A stretch of DNA of 64,000 nt from the human T2T-CHM13v2.0 reference genome, Homo sapiens. Below are positions 42,956 to 57,501 of the stretch, one piece after another. Where the stretch lies: the NCBI RefSeq assembly GCF_009914755.1, contig NC_060926.1, one strand, 5' to 3'. Numbering within the stretch: position 1 is the first letter of the stretch; each line of letters opens with the position of its first letter. The position numbers were made by a program, and so were the translations under genes. Below the pieces are notes generated by a model. It had not been told where the DNA came from. It did no database searches and worked only from the letters and a program-made list of their open reading frames with translations.

Positions 42956-44932
42956 GGCAGGCTAGCAAATATGAATATTGCATAAAAGATCTAGATGTTA
43001 TTATCAGCTTGGCTATAAGGAGAGGTAACAATTATGCATGTACACAAATAGGATATTTTTCTTTTAGCTCTTCTGCAAATATACAAACATAAAATTATAC
43101 ATTAAGATTTTTCCTTTGCATTTAAATAAGTGCTCAGTTCTTTAAAGTATTATTTGCACACATTTAAAAGGACAGAATGAAACGGCTAAAAGTTATAAAT
43201 CAGCCATTATAGGATAAAGTTTACATGAGAAAGGAAATATCTCTTTCCAGTTAAAGGTAGACAATAAAACTTGTTGTGAAATGAGGTTGCTGGTAGACAG
43301 ATTTATTCATTCCAGTCCATTATTTCAGAGAAGCAGAGCATACTTTAGTGTTTAATCAGATGTCAGAGAAAAGTCATTATACTAAAAGTTTCATACAAAA
43401 TAAAAATGAATAATTTCAGCTTTTGTTAGGAAATGATTTTTATTGCATTGGCATGTTCCATTTATTTTTATGGTCTGAAAATGGCTTGAACTCAAATTTA
43501 AAGCAAATTCCATGAAATAATTATGAAACAATATTGCTAGGAGTAATGGGAAACATAAAATTCTGTGAGGCTCTTAAAACTAACACCAATTATACCACAT
43601 TCTTGAGTGTGTTACATTTGAATTGAATTGAAAACTTATACAGACATTTGAATCAAAAACTTTTACATGCATTCTTTTGTATGTGTCTGTATAAATTTAA
43701 GGTCAGATATTATGACACATAAATATTTGAGCAATATCCTATTTTTTTCTAAGCTAATTATGAATGTAAATATATGTAGGTATTTGCCTTAGTAAAGATG
43801 AATGAAAAATGTGCTAAATTTAGAGGGTTTGTAGACCCTTTTTATCTTTCTAAAATTATTTTTATCTTGTGCATTTATTTTCTCATAATTTTTCTTTTGA
43901 GAATTTTCTACTAAATAAATTGTTAATAACAACTTGTGTTTTAGAAAAGGCAATCTAAATACAGTTTTATTCTTTCAAAACTATTTTTATAAGTGGATAA
44001 ATTCTTAAGATTCTACAAAAATGTCCAAACTCCTGACAAAAATCATGCATCAAGAAGTCTTCCCACTTAAGTCCATAATTAAACCTAAACAGAAATTGCC
44101 ATTATATTTACCAAAATGGCATATCATCTTATTACGTTTAATAAACAATCATTTCAACTTTCAAATTTTTATAATTTTTAAGAAAAAACAATGCAATTTT
44201 TCTAAATATAATTTATATGATAATTACTTATAGAAAATAAGTTCCATAATTTCTAATTTTTTTCAATTCTCAGAACTAATAAGTTAAGAGTATTTACTTT
44301 GCATTTTACCATTGATAAGTTAGGCTAAATTTTATAATAAAATATAACCAAAACAAATAAAAAACTATTACATTTCATACTATTTTGAAATATGCCTGGA
44401 ATATATAGAATTTGGAATCCCGTCTCTATTTCCAGGGCACTCAATTCCAGTTTAATAAGTGAACAGATGAACATTTTAAGCATATACATGTCTTCTCCTA
44501 TAAATGCATCTCTGATCCTTATTTCATAGTGTAGTTCATTTCTCTTTGTATCATCTTTTAAAGGACATTGAATTTATAAAAAACAATGTTACCTAAGCGG
44601 ATTTTTGTTCGTGAAAATGGATATCTGTACTTGAACTCATTGACCAGGTACATGATAAATAAAAATATGATTGCCTTTGTACAGCACAACTGGCAGTCAT
44701 GTATTCCACCCAAAAATAAAGTTAGCATGCATATACCATGCATTTTTGTTAAGTAGTGAGGCTTCCTTTAAACACTCATTTACTTTCTCAAATCAGGAAC
44801 AGGATTAACATTCATGAAGCAAAGGGAAGAGGAATCAAGTGCATCCAAGCATATGTAAGTATTTTTTACTCTATCCACTCCTTTGGGTTATAATATCTTC
44901 CCAAATAGAAAGTTGAGCCACAGTTTTTATAA

Positions 44933-45232
<300 letters not shown>

Positions 45233-45342
45233 ATGATTGTTTTTGTTTGAATATTGTATTAATTCTGTAAAACTCCAGAAATTACCACTTTGCAAATGTG
45301 CTACTTAGTTGCCTAATGGTAACACTAAAAGTAACATCTAAG

Positions 45343-45552
45343 GTGGTAATTCTCATCAAAGGCAATTATGGCTCCCAGGGAACATTTGGATATGTCTGGA
45401 GACATTTTGGTTCCAATTGGGGGTGCTACTTGTATGTACTGGGTAAAAGCAACGGATGCTGCTAAACATCCTGCATTGCACAAGGTACTACTCCTCACAG
45501 CAAAGAAATTTCCAGTTTGAGATGTCAATGATGCTGAGGCTGAGAAATCTTG
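45343..45552. mobile_element. MER20 hAT-Charlie element
   Basis: gggaacatttgg...tgtctggagacattttggtt...ggatgctgctaaacatcct...atgtcaatgatgctgaggctgagaaa. Confidence 0.88.
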
Positions 45553-46294
45553 ATCTAAAAGTCTCAATTTAAAAGCCATTTAGTCCACTTAAATATGGAC
45601 TTATTGTTGGTTCTGATCTACACATTTCTCTACAAGTCCCTAATTTAGAAGCTGAACATTTGTTTTTATAGTTGGCAAAACTCACATTCAAACACAGAAA
45701 AAAAATTAGCGTCACCAAATTGTTAAATTAAATTGGTGATTTCTGGTAAAAAGTATCTGAGTAACCACTTTCCTAAAATAGATTGTAAAGGAATAGCACG
45801 GAAGTTATCTGAAAATAACAGGCTTTCTGTGTCCTGAAGAAATAAATGTAGCAGGTGAAGAGAAATAAATTTCCATTATTTCATGATTGTATGAGGAAAC
45901 ACCCTCAATGGCATCCTCAAAACCTGGAGTGACTGACACATACCATACAGTTTCAACCAAATTAAAGGAAACTATCAGATGCTAACAGGAATTGCCTTTC
46001 AAGAGACCAGAGAGAATTATTGGAAGTATGTTGCGGAAATTTTCATAAACCACAGCAAAACTTTTACTGTAGACTTAAGGCTGGAAAGTCAGAGCTAGAA
46101 GGTGTGGAATATTCACCATTATAGATTATCCATCATCCATCCCAACCTCCTTTTTATTGGACCTTCCTTTACTGCAGAGATAGAAAGCAAAGAAACATGC
46201 TATTTGAGTTCATTGAAGCTAGGGACCTATGTGTGATTTAGATTTCTTTCATCCGATTTCTTCATGTAGATCTGAATTGGAAAGTGAATTGAAA

Positions 46295-46452
46295 TAAGAT
46301 AGAGAGAAGAAAGATGAAAGGCATGGAAGGGGAATGAGGAAGAAACAAGGAAGAGGAAGAGAAATAAGGTGAAGAGAGGAGTAAAAGAAGAAGGGAAGGA
46401 AAGAGGAGAGGAGAAGAGAAGAAAGAAGAGAAGAAAAGAGATACAAGAGGCA
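46295..46452. repeat. GA-rich low-complexity tract
   Basis: Polypurine run seen directly. It produces the F/L/S-rich spurious ORFs. Confidence 0.9.
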
Positions 46453-47934
46453 AGGTAGCCCCTTGTCAAGCAAATGTGTGGTGACTCCAGAGCCAACAGT
46501 TCTGGTGTTTAGTGCTTGATCTTTAGATTTAAGATTGCAGTTAAAGTGATGGAACACTGTGGCTGCCAGTTGGTGCACCAGCTTTCTGAATCTCAATTTC
46601 TGGTATTGGCCAAGTGAAGTGTAAGTAAATTAATGTACTGCATTGTCATGTTACTCAAAGTAGAAAAAATGTCGAAACAATGTAAATGTTCCTCAAGAGT
46701 AGATCAGTTAATCAATGTGTATCCATATAATTTATTTATTTTTTTCATTAAAATACTGTAGATCTATGTTCACTGCCAAGGAAGAGTGTGATGGCTCAAA
46801 CATTCAGGCATTCATTCACTTAATGCATATTTATTGAACACTTTCTGTGAACTTGGTAATATACTTGATCTTGATGGTGACAAAATTGAAATATTTACAT
46901 CATTATATAAATTATTATTTAGAAATTCATGACATATTAAAATAAAATGTATAAAACTATGAATAAAAATAATCTTGCATTAAAGACATGTACTTGCATA
47001 TTCATAGAAAAACATCTAGCCTACAGTGGTCATTCAATAAATGGAGACAGTGGAAATATCTGAACTGTATGAATAAAAGTTACTACTTTATATCTTTATA
47101 TACTGCCTAATATTTTACATCATAATTTTATTGCTTTTATAATCAGAGGAAATAAACTGTTTCCATTTTTAAAATAAAATAATTTAGGCATACGTGGCAT
47201 ACTTATAAATCTTCTTTATTCAGAATATGCTTTTTTGTTCTCAAGTGCAATTCGTCCAATATTGTAATGAATAGTCTTATTTTATATATGATATATGTAT
47301 CTCATTTTACATATGTGTCATATTTTATAGATATGTTTCTGATGGAATTAATCTGGTATGTCTTCTTAAGTTTCAGTGGAAACACAAGAAATCATCAATT
47401 GCAATGCTAAGCATGTTGTAAAATGCCATTTCTTCCAAATAGTAATGATTTATTGAGTATTTACAATGTGCAGGACATGATGCTAATTAATTAACCCTCA
47501 CTACAACCAAACATATTAGATCCAAAAACTTAGCATCTCTTTACACAATAGGAAACTATCACCCTAGGAGAATAAATACCTTGTCCAGTCTATATGGTTA
47601 GTACATGATAGAACATAGATTTGAAAAGAGTCTTATAGAGGCAGTAAGTCCATTTCCAAGATACTGTATCTTTTTATTTATCTATTATTTTTTATTTAAC
47701 TTGGTACTTTTGTCTTCATAATGATTGTACTGTCTTTCATGTTATAAAAAAAGGTGATAATTTCCTTAGAACATTGTAAATGTTAATTGTCTTAACATTT
47801 CAATTTAGAATTTTGTCTTCTCACAGAGTGAAGAGGCATAAATTCACAGTTTATATCTTTTAATGTGTTGGGTTTATAGCCTAAGCTTAGTGGGTTCGGT
47901 TTATGATAACATAGTAATTGATAGTGAAATTCAT

Positions 47935-48090
47935 AGCTGGGCATGATGGCACACATGTACAGAGCTGGGCTCTGAAGTCTCACCTACTGAGGAGGCTGAG
48001 GCCAGAGGATTGCTCGAGCCCAGGAGTTTGATGCTGCAGTGAGTTATGATCACAGCACTGCACTATATCCTGGTGACAAGAAAGACAGGA
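47935..48090 (+). mobile_element. Old Alu monomer (FRAM/FAM-like)
   Basis: gaggaggctgaggccagaggattgctcgagcccaggagtt...gcagtgagttatgatc. Confidence 0.8.
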
Positions 48091-50364
48091 AGGGAAAGGG
48101 AGAAAAGACATTCTGCTGTCTGCGTTTCAAAAAGCCAGGCAAATATATCTGTTTTGCTTCATTTAGTTTTTCATCATTTCCTTCTTCCATAGAAAAACAT
48201 GTTTTGAAACCTCTGTTTAGCCACTTAGGTGCAAAACACACTCACACACACACACAAACTATTACACAAATAAAGAGGTGCATTGCAATAACCTCCAAAA
48301 GTTATTGTATAACTTTACCAATATGCTGATGTCCTTAAAAAGAATTATTGTTAAGAACAATGAATAGGCTGTGTGAATCTAAAGGAGAATTTAACAAACA
48401 TTCTGAAATTCTTCAAATTTGTCCTTTCTCTAATATCTAAGTAGACTTCTTGCTTCTAATTATCTCTGCAGTTCTTATGAAGTCATTTCCTTTCAAGGAA
48501 AGTTAATGATTGAAAGTTACCATCCTATTAGCCAAGTGATTGATGTTAGATAATTGCATTGTGAAAGATAGCAGCTACAAACAAAAGCCTTCCTATTCTC
48601 ACCAGTTTAGCACTCTTTCCTAATAAAGAACCAGAATGTGACTTCCCAAATGTTATTATTCACACTTTGTTTTAGAACCGATATACCATATAAGAAAGAA
48701 TAAAGGTGTCACTGAGATATGAAGAATGCTAGTGTTAAATATGAACGTGGGCATATTTTCCACTAAATTTGGAATAACATTAATATATATTGTTCATCTC
48801 TAAGGCAAATGCAACCAGATAAACTTCAACCACAATATACAGAGAAGGGGAATTATTATGAATTTCACAATTAACAAGAAAATGCTTTTCAATACAATTC
48901 AAAAAGAGTTCTCTGATTTCTAGAACTATTCAATTCAAGTCATTCAAAACCCCATATGTTAAACTAAGTTTTGTACTAAGCATGTGAAATGCAAAACTCA
49001 AGTGATAAAATGTCTGCCCTGAAAGTGTAAATATGCAGTGCAACAAACAAGAGAGAACCAGTGGAATAGGCTGTAGCCCTGTGTGCAAATACCTTCCACA
49101 AACTGAGAGTAAAGGAATATCAGAACATCCATAAGGATAAATAGACTTCTGTCAAACTAAGAAGGAAAAATAGCTAATTCCAAGAGAATATATTGCATAA
49201 AAAACACGGACATGGTGAAACTACCTGGAGCATTCACATAAATGCTTTAAAATCCAGTGCAGCTCACATGGAGAATGCATGGTGGTGGGAGATAAAACTA
49301 AAAGGAGGATTTGGGATACACGTTACTATTTAAATTACCAGCTCCATTTCAGAAAGATAATTCTGGCAGCAATTTGAGGAAGAAATAAGAATAAAGATCG
49401 AGGATCATCATCAGGTCTGCCCAGTTGTCTCAGCGGGAGGTGAGAGAGCCTGAGAAAATACAGTGGAGGCTGAATGGGGAGCAGAGGAAGAACCAGAACG
49501 GTAACTTCAGCATCAAAGGTGCCCAACTTCATGGAGACTTTTAAGAACATAGGCAAACTTCAGCTTTAAAAAGTGTGTGATGCTTTGAGAACTTGTATTT
49601 AATTCACTTAACAACATCTCTATGAGATAGCACCATTCCCGACTTGTAGAAAATATGGTTGAAACCCAGACATCAAAGAGTTTAGTACACAAAGAAGATT
49701 CAAATCTAAAACCAATAGCTATATTACTCTGATGCTGTTTTCTAAAAACAGAGTAGTTTTTGTTATATAGCCATACAAAATTCTAGGAGATGCTAGTTTT
49801 GCATTTGGATATCTATCTATCTATCCATCCATCTATCTATATCTATATAACTATCTTCCTGTATCAATCCTGTAGAATTTGAGAAATTATTATCTCTTCT
49901 TCACAAAATTTCTTTAAAGTAACAGAAATATAGAAAAGAATAATAATACTGACAGTAGGACTTCTGATCTCGTCTCTTTTCTAATTCAGTCCTATTGGCT
50001 CTATATGACTCCTTGTCCAATCTAGACACCCATGTTCAGAAACTTCTGGAATGTCCTGACAAACGTATTCTGGTTCCAGCATAAACTACTGCCACTCTAA
50101 ACTAACATTACCAAAACTATACCCCTTCTTCCACTTCTCATGCTGCAGAGAGTTATTCTGAAGCAACAAAATACAATTTAGACCAGGCCCACTAAAAACA
50201 TATGATATCTCATCTCAATTATATCTTTGTTATGACTTGGAAATGCTTATACTCATCAATGTATCTAAAACATTTTTGAAGTTAGAATACAAAAAGCATT
50301 ATTTTAAAGTATTTTCAATTTAATAAGTATTTATTACATCATTACTAAGGTTAATAATGATAAG

Positions 50365-50720
50365 CTTGCATTTTTCGACTATTTGCCAGTTGTCAAACAG
50401 TGTTTGACATGCTTCACATGCATTATCCTATTTAATCCTCAGAGCTAATGCCATACTGCTGTAAGGACTAAAGCAGAAACACAAAGAAAAGAAACACCTC
50501 TGACTCAGCCTCCCATACTGAAGCCGTGACTCTAAGTAAGACTTCAGACAACACAACCCAATAACTCAATAGATTCCTTATTATTATTCTTAGTCTGCAT
50601 CTGGAGCCACAGAGGTTTAGGGGCATTAAACAAATACTTCAAGGTCACAGAGCTAATAGCTGTCAAAACCAGAACTTAAAATAGTTCTACTTGAATCTAA
50701 GGTTAATTGTTATTTATATT
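50365..50720 (-). mobile_element. MIR split by a foreign insert of about 0.1 kb
   Basis: cattatcctatttaatcctca before the insert and ...caaggtcacagagctaatag after it. Confidence 0.65.
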
Positions 50721-53700
50721 ATACTATTATTATCTTACATTCAAGGTCCCCCAAATCCTTACCATAGTATATAATAAAAAATATGAAATAAAATTGGTTT
50801 CAATTTACTGTTATAGTTGTTTAAATAAGAGATAAATATATCAAGATAAACATAAAAATATAGAAGATAACAATACAAGAGGTTTAAGAAAAGCATATTA
50901 TTAATTAGAGAATGCATATATAATAATATTTATTTTTTAAGTTAAGAGCCAATGGTCAGAATTGTCTACCTCTTCTTTGCATTATCCAAGAAGTCCTTGA
51001 AATGATACAGTGGGTTTTACATGTTTTTAAAGTGTAAACTCATAATCTTAGGGAAAACAAGAGTTTCCCAGCAGCAGATTTTATATTTTAAGAAATTATT
51101 GGAAAATTAGGAGGTAGGCATGGTATGTTTACTTGACAATAAAGACCAGAGGAAACTACAAATAAAGCCTTATCAGGGAAGCCTGTAGAAATACTCTCAA
51201 ATGAGAGTGAATTATGCAGAGCAAAAGAGTATCTGCAAGGACTGAGGGCCATCTTTACCACAGTTAAGATCTTTATTCTGAGAAGCTAGGCAGCATAGGC
51301 AGTCTTGACTCTCAACCTCCCTCAAACATTTTCTAAACAGAGTAAAGTATCTGCTTAGAGAGAGATCCTACTCAGCAACTAAGGATGAAGATTTACAGGA
51401 GTAAAGCTAACTCCAGACCACTACAGGGACTACAGAGGCAGAAACACAAAGAAAAGAAATGCATCTGACTCAGCCTCCCATACTGAAGCAGTGACTCTAA
51501 GTAAGACTTCAGACAAGGTGCCACCATAACTCCAGCCAGTTGGATAGAGAACTCCTGTAGTGGGAAGATAAACACTCTCCCTTATTTATAATCACTCAGA
51601 GTTTTTAGCCATAACAAGAACACAGGTTCAATAACAAGGAAATATCAATAATCAAATATATTCGGGAAGAAAAAACATTGAATGAACACACATTTCAGAA
51701 AAGTAAAGGTTTCACGTAAAGAGGAAGCCCTACAAATGGGCCACATGAAAGTAGCTGAGTTTAAAGAAACTACATGTTCAATAGCCTCAACAGAAATGAA
51801 CATCTGACAGAAAGGAAAGGTTTCCTTCTTTAAAGAAATTAAAACAATTTATTTTAAAGGGAAACAAAATAAACATGCTGAAGATTGGCTTAAACCAGAA
51901 TGTCTGACTGAGATTTTCTGCCTGAATGCTAAGCCAATGGCAAAGTGATTGAATGAGAAAGAAATTAAGAAAAATGATGAGATGTATCTACAGGTTTCAA
52001 GATCCATATAAAAGAAATTTATAAAATGAGAGTACAGAAAAAATGGATAGAGAAAGATAAAGACACAGTTGAATAAATTTCCCTGAGTTGTAGGAAGGCA
52101 GTTTTCAGATTGAAAAGGCTCAGAGGTCTCTCATCAGAAAAAAAAATGAAACAGAAAAACAAAACCAAAAGTACTCAGTATATTTTAATGAGACAAATTT
52201 AGATGTATTTTTGTCAAGTGTCAGAATCCAAAAATAAATAGAAAGAAAAAAAACAGAAAATCTTTGTCATAAAGATTTTAATAGCTGCTAAAATATAATG
52301 TCTGCAAGGGAATTATTTAATTATTTTAAACCTAACAACCTAAACCAGGAAAAAACTAGTGGTCCAATATGAAGTTTGAACTATATCCCAAAAATTTCTG
52401 GTAAAATTAGTAGATGATAAATTGATGAAAACAGAAAAGAAAATCAAAAAGATCTTGTGAAATACAAGACACATTTTGGGGACAAATAAAGAAAAACAAA
52501 ATTATATCTAAATAACTATTTCTAAAAATGTACATTTAATTAATCAAAATTATACAATAATATTACAGACAAAACAATACTGGGGGTAATTTATGGGAAG
52601 GAAAGAATAAAAAAGAGGAATGTTAAATATAGTTTAATATATCAATGAAAAGAGAATTTAAGAAAATGCTTTAAATAAAAAAGAGAAGTATTTTATGTTA
52701 ATAAAAGTTTAAATCCACCCAAGAGATAGAAAAATAATGAGCATATTTTACATTAAAAAATTTAGCAATGAAATTTATAAAGCAAAAAAAATTAGAAGCA
52801 CAAGAGAAAATTTAAAATTTTTTATAAATTCTGATTGACTTCAAAAAGCCTCTCACAAAGAATAACAAACCAAGTATTAAATACATGAGTAAAGAAAAAT
52901 AGCATATGATTAACAAATATATTGGGCAACACAAGAAATCCCAGTGAGTTTCAAAAACTTAAAAATCCTACATAGCACATTACTTAACAAAATGCAATAA
53001 ATCCACAGTAAAATAACAAAAGGATAGTCCAAAAGTATGTTCACGTATAAATTCACTTATAATTAATTTTTTAAAATAAGCTAGCATAATTTAGAAATCA
53101 AAGGCAGATAGAATTTTACCCAATTTATAAAATATAGTCAAAGATGTTCTCAGGTAAAATAAATAATAAGCCAAAATTAATAGAATTTAAAATAAAAGTA
53201 TAGGTTTGATCTCTAAAATAGTTTAAATACAACCTTATTTGGGCTAGCAAAGATAATTTAGAAAATTTAGTAAAGATATAAATATCAAATATTACCAGGA
53301 ATGTGAATGAATAAATGAATGAATTTAGTGGGCATAAAGCAATTATATATAAATACATTTTAAAAATCTAGATATAGCACATTAATTCCTAGCAATATGT
53401 AAAGCATAAGAATTTATCTAGAAGTAGAAAACCTGGCTAGACTAATAAGTATAAAAGAAATTGAATAAGCCTTCAAAGATAAAGCCAAGACTTTTTATTA
53501 ATATGATCTAGAAAAGAATACAGAATATGCCTAACATTAAAAATGAGATTCGAGTCCTGATATGTCACACTAAAAGTGCATTGTCTTAAACATTATACAA
53601 AATAATAGTAATATGATATAATAACATCAAACACTTTAAAACTACATTTAAACCAGTATGAGCTAATATGGCTTGATATAAGATAAGAAATGACCAATTT

Positions 53701-53742
53701 TCCCATATATTGGCCAAATTTCAATTAAAAAATATAATTAGA

Positions 53743-54476
53743 AGGTCCCTCAGAAAACTAAAAATGGAGCTACCATATGCTCCAGCAATCCTACTCCTAG
53801 GTATATACCCAAATGGAAGGAAATTAGTATATCAAAGAGATATCCGCACTCCCATGTTTGTTGCAGCACTGTTCATAATAGCCAAACTTTGGAAGCAACC
53901 TCAGTGCCCATCAATAGATAAATGAATAAAGAAAATTTGGTACTTATAAACAATGGAGTACTATTCAGCCATACAAAAGAATGAGATACTGTCATTTGCA
54001 ACAACACGAATGGAATTGGACGTCTTTCTACAAAGTGAAATAAACCAGACACAGAAAGACAAACATCGTATGTCATCACATACTTGTGGGATTTAAAAAT
54101 CAAAGCAATTGAACCTATAGAGATAAAGAGCAGAAGGAGGGTTACCAGAGGCTGGGAAAGGTAGTCGGGTGGGTGGGGAGGAAGTGGAGATGGTTAATAG
54201 GTACAAAATAACAGGCACAATGAACAACACCTAGTATTTGATAGCACAACAGGGGCAATACAGCCAATAATAACTTAATTGTACATTTAAAAATAACTAG
54301 AAGATTATAACTGGATTGCTTGTAACACAAAGGATAAATGCTTGAGGGGATGGGCACCTCATTGCACATCATGTGATTATTACACATTGTACACCTGTAT
54401 CAAAACATCTCATGTATCCCATAAACGTATACACTTAATATGTATTCACAAAAGTTAAAATTAAAAATTAAAAAAT
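53743..54476 (+). mobile_element. L1MA (about MA2-3) 3' fragment
   Basis: ORF2 end ([18 protein letters not shown]...) and L1MA 3'UTR (tgcttgaggggatgg) with an A-rich tail. Confidence 0.9.
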
Positions 54477-57425
54477 ATATGTAATTAAAAGAAAACGTTC
54501 AACTAAACAGTGAAAATGCTATAATATATAAGAATCAACATGAAGAATTTGAGGCATATATCATTTTTCAATCATCATAGGAGAAAAGGAAAAATATTGA
54601 TTATATCTACTGTTGATAGTGTGTGAGAAAATGCATATCATCACACAGTTTTGGTGAGAGTGTGAAATTGTCCATCTTTTTTGAAAGGGACTTAGGATTG
54701 TCTATGCAAATGAAAAATGCATACATTTTGCTTTGGCAGTTTAACTTCTGTGTGTGTGTATATATGTGTATAGAAAGAGATTCACAACATCATGGATTAT
54801 AATGAAATATATGGAAACACAGTCTGTTCAATAAACTGTGATACATTATGATAAATAAAAACAGAGCTATAGCCACAATATTAAATGAAAAAAAGTAAGT
54901 TTCTTAATACTAGATGTAGTATGATCCATTTATGTAAGCTCACATTGAGGTGCACTGAGCCCTCGGTTTATGCCTCATAATAAATATGTCTGTAGAAAGA
55001 TTATCATTCTTGCTAGTTTAGTAATATACCTGAAATATGTACTTTACTGTTGTTTCTAATGGTCACATGTAAAACTGAAGGATTTCAGACAATCCAAGAG
55101 CTTTTTTTTCAATTTATGTGCAAAGGCTACTAGAAATTACACTCACTGAAATTAATTTCTAAGATATTTTTCCACTTTGGCTCTAACAGTAAAAGTTTGT
55201 CACTAGACTTATTCTATTACTCAGTGTTTACTGACTATTATGAGCATACTAACATTATAAGCGCAGATTTTGTGCCAAACCTATGATGGACTTTCATTTG
55301 GTTGAATCACAAAATGAAACAAACACTTCTCTGATTTTAGTATGTGCTAATAAATCTCTAGATTGTTTTGCTCTCTGATCTTGTAATAAGCTGTTAATGT
55401 AGCAACCGAATATTTTGACTTTCTTCTGAGACAAAAGAGAAAACAAATAAATGACAGAAATTTTCTGCTTAACAGTGTGTTTATTGCTTTTCATTCAGTG
55501 TGTCATAAGATACATTTTCGGGAGAATGAAATTCTACAGAAATCGCTTCTCTTTATATCATATAAGTTAAAGAATTCAAAAACTGCATTAACAAGCAACA
55601 AAAATTGTAAGCCTGTTTGATACTATCATAGTTTATAAATATACACTATATCCAATAGCATATTTATTCAAATTATTGTTTTATTGGGGATTTGGGATAT
55701 AGTTGGATAGCTCAGAAGAGAGTCTGGGCAATTTGTAGGCATTGGATTTGAGAAAAACCTAGTGAAAGTTATTGTTAACAGGATAGAAATTCAATAGTTC
55801 CCCCTTTTCTGGGTTTCTCTGGAAGATAAATTGACATCAGGAAACTTTGAAAACAATTTTATGTAGAATATAGCTGTCTGGTACCCCATTGTGGTGTTAT
55901 AGTCTACAACGGTTTAAAACATATAGTTTAAATGAGTGACTAAATAAATGTTTTCCTAAATTAATAAATAAATAAATTGATGACCAGGAACACAGGAAAA
56001 GAAATACCTTACCTTTGAGTACATATAAATGTAATACAAGAATTACTTAGAAAAATTCATTGCATTTAATACACTAAATAGGGTATTGAACATCAGGACT
56101 TTCTTGAGTCACATTAGTCTTCTCAGATACACAGGGTAGATTTCTAAACTTCTGTTTTCCTACCATTTCAACTAAAAAGTCATCCAGGAAATCTGTAATC
56201 TGAATCTTTATGATGTGAATTATATCTAATAAAACTTTTTACAAATGTCTTGTGATATTGCCCTAATTCTGACCCTTTACATTCTGTCTTCATGATTACA
56301 ATAGTTTCTGATCTCATCTTCCCACTCTATTTAAATTTTCAAGTGTATCCTTTTCCTTACTAAGTAGCATATTCATAGAAGACAATGCCTATCATGTCAC
56401 ACCTGTCTTTAAGATCATCTCCTACCTCCACACAGTAACATTCTTACCATGGCAAACACAACTGCCATTATGTTGACATTAACTGACCTTTTGATGGTCT
56501 TTTTTGAAAACCAAGGTCCTCATGAAACCTGCATTAAAATTACAGTAAACAAAGAATCTACCATGTCATTTTATTACTAACATTTTTCTAACCTTGTATC
56601 TTTTTCCAATAATATCCATCATTTACTCATTAATTCAACATGAATATGATAACTGCACTAGGCTAGGCACTATATTTGGTATTAAAGACATTAAATATTA
56701 GGTTAGGTCTCTACTATAAAATAAACATGATCAAATAAGAGAGAAAAACAAATAAACCAAAAACAATAATGCAATACAATGCTTCTATATTTTTTCCTTC
56801 CAAACTTAGTAAAATTTATTATGCAATAAAAACTTTCTTGAAATTTTATGTGGAAATGAAACTCTTTTCCTTTTTCTGCTATACCATGTTATTTGTCTCT
56901 ATTAAGGTATCTATTTAATTCTCCTTTGCAATATACTTGGTTCATTCATTTAAGTGAATATTTCACAGTGTAGTGTTTCCTAGATGTTTCCTGTGTGCCC
57001 CCTACTGGCTCATCAATTCTTTTAGGATAAATCATATGTCTTGTTTTCATTTCATCGTGTTTAGAAAAAGTATAATATTCTATTTTCAGATTTAAAAAGT
57101 AAATAAATCATGTAAGTATACACTGGAAGATGGCGTGATTATAAGAAGACTATTAGTCATAAAAGTGTATGTCTCTAATAAGAGTTAATTTGAAGTTAAG
57201 TTGCCTTGCGACAAACGCATGCCCAGAAAAATCCAGTGCTGCCCACACATTGCTCTAAGTAAGAATGTACCTAATGCATTATGCTTAGTTTGAACTTCGC
57301 AATTTAAGGATCAAATTGAAATAAAAAAAAAGTGTGTGCAAAGATATATAAATAGAATGATAAAGCTTTGGAATATTAGGATATGGGAGAAGAGTTGGAA
57401 AGTTAGAGAAATGAAAAATGCTTAC

Positions 57426-57501
57426 CTGTAGAAAAAGAAGCATGATGGGAAGGGAATGGATTGCCATCTTTAAATTTCATATATCTCTCCAGACAGCAAA
57501 T
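57426..57501 (-). other. Candidate 76-nt exon
   Basis: tattttgcattcattgtag|ATTTGC...CTACAG|gtaagc. Frame 0 is open: ICCLERYMKFKDGNPFPSHHASFST. Confidence 0.35.

Noticed and set aside
42696-43092. F/L/S-rich 'membrane-like' ORF and its K/E-rich counterpart (similar ORFs at 46227-46596)
   Set aside because: They are translations of polypurine/polypyrimidine tracts.
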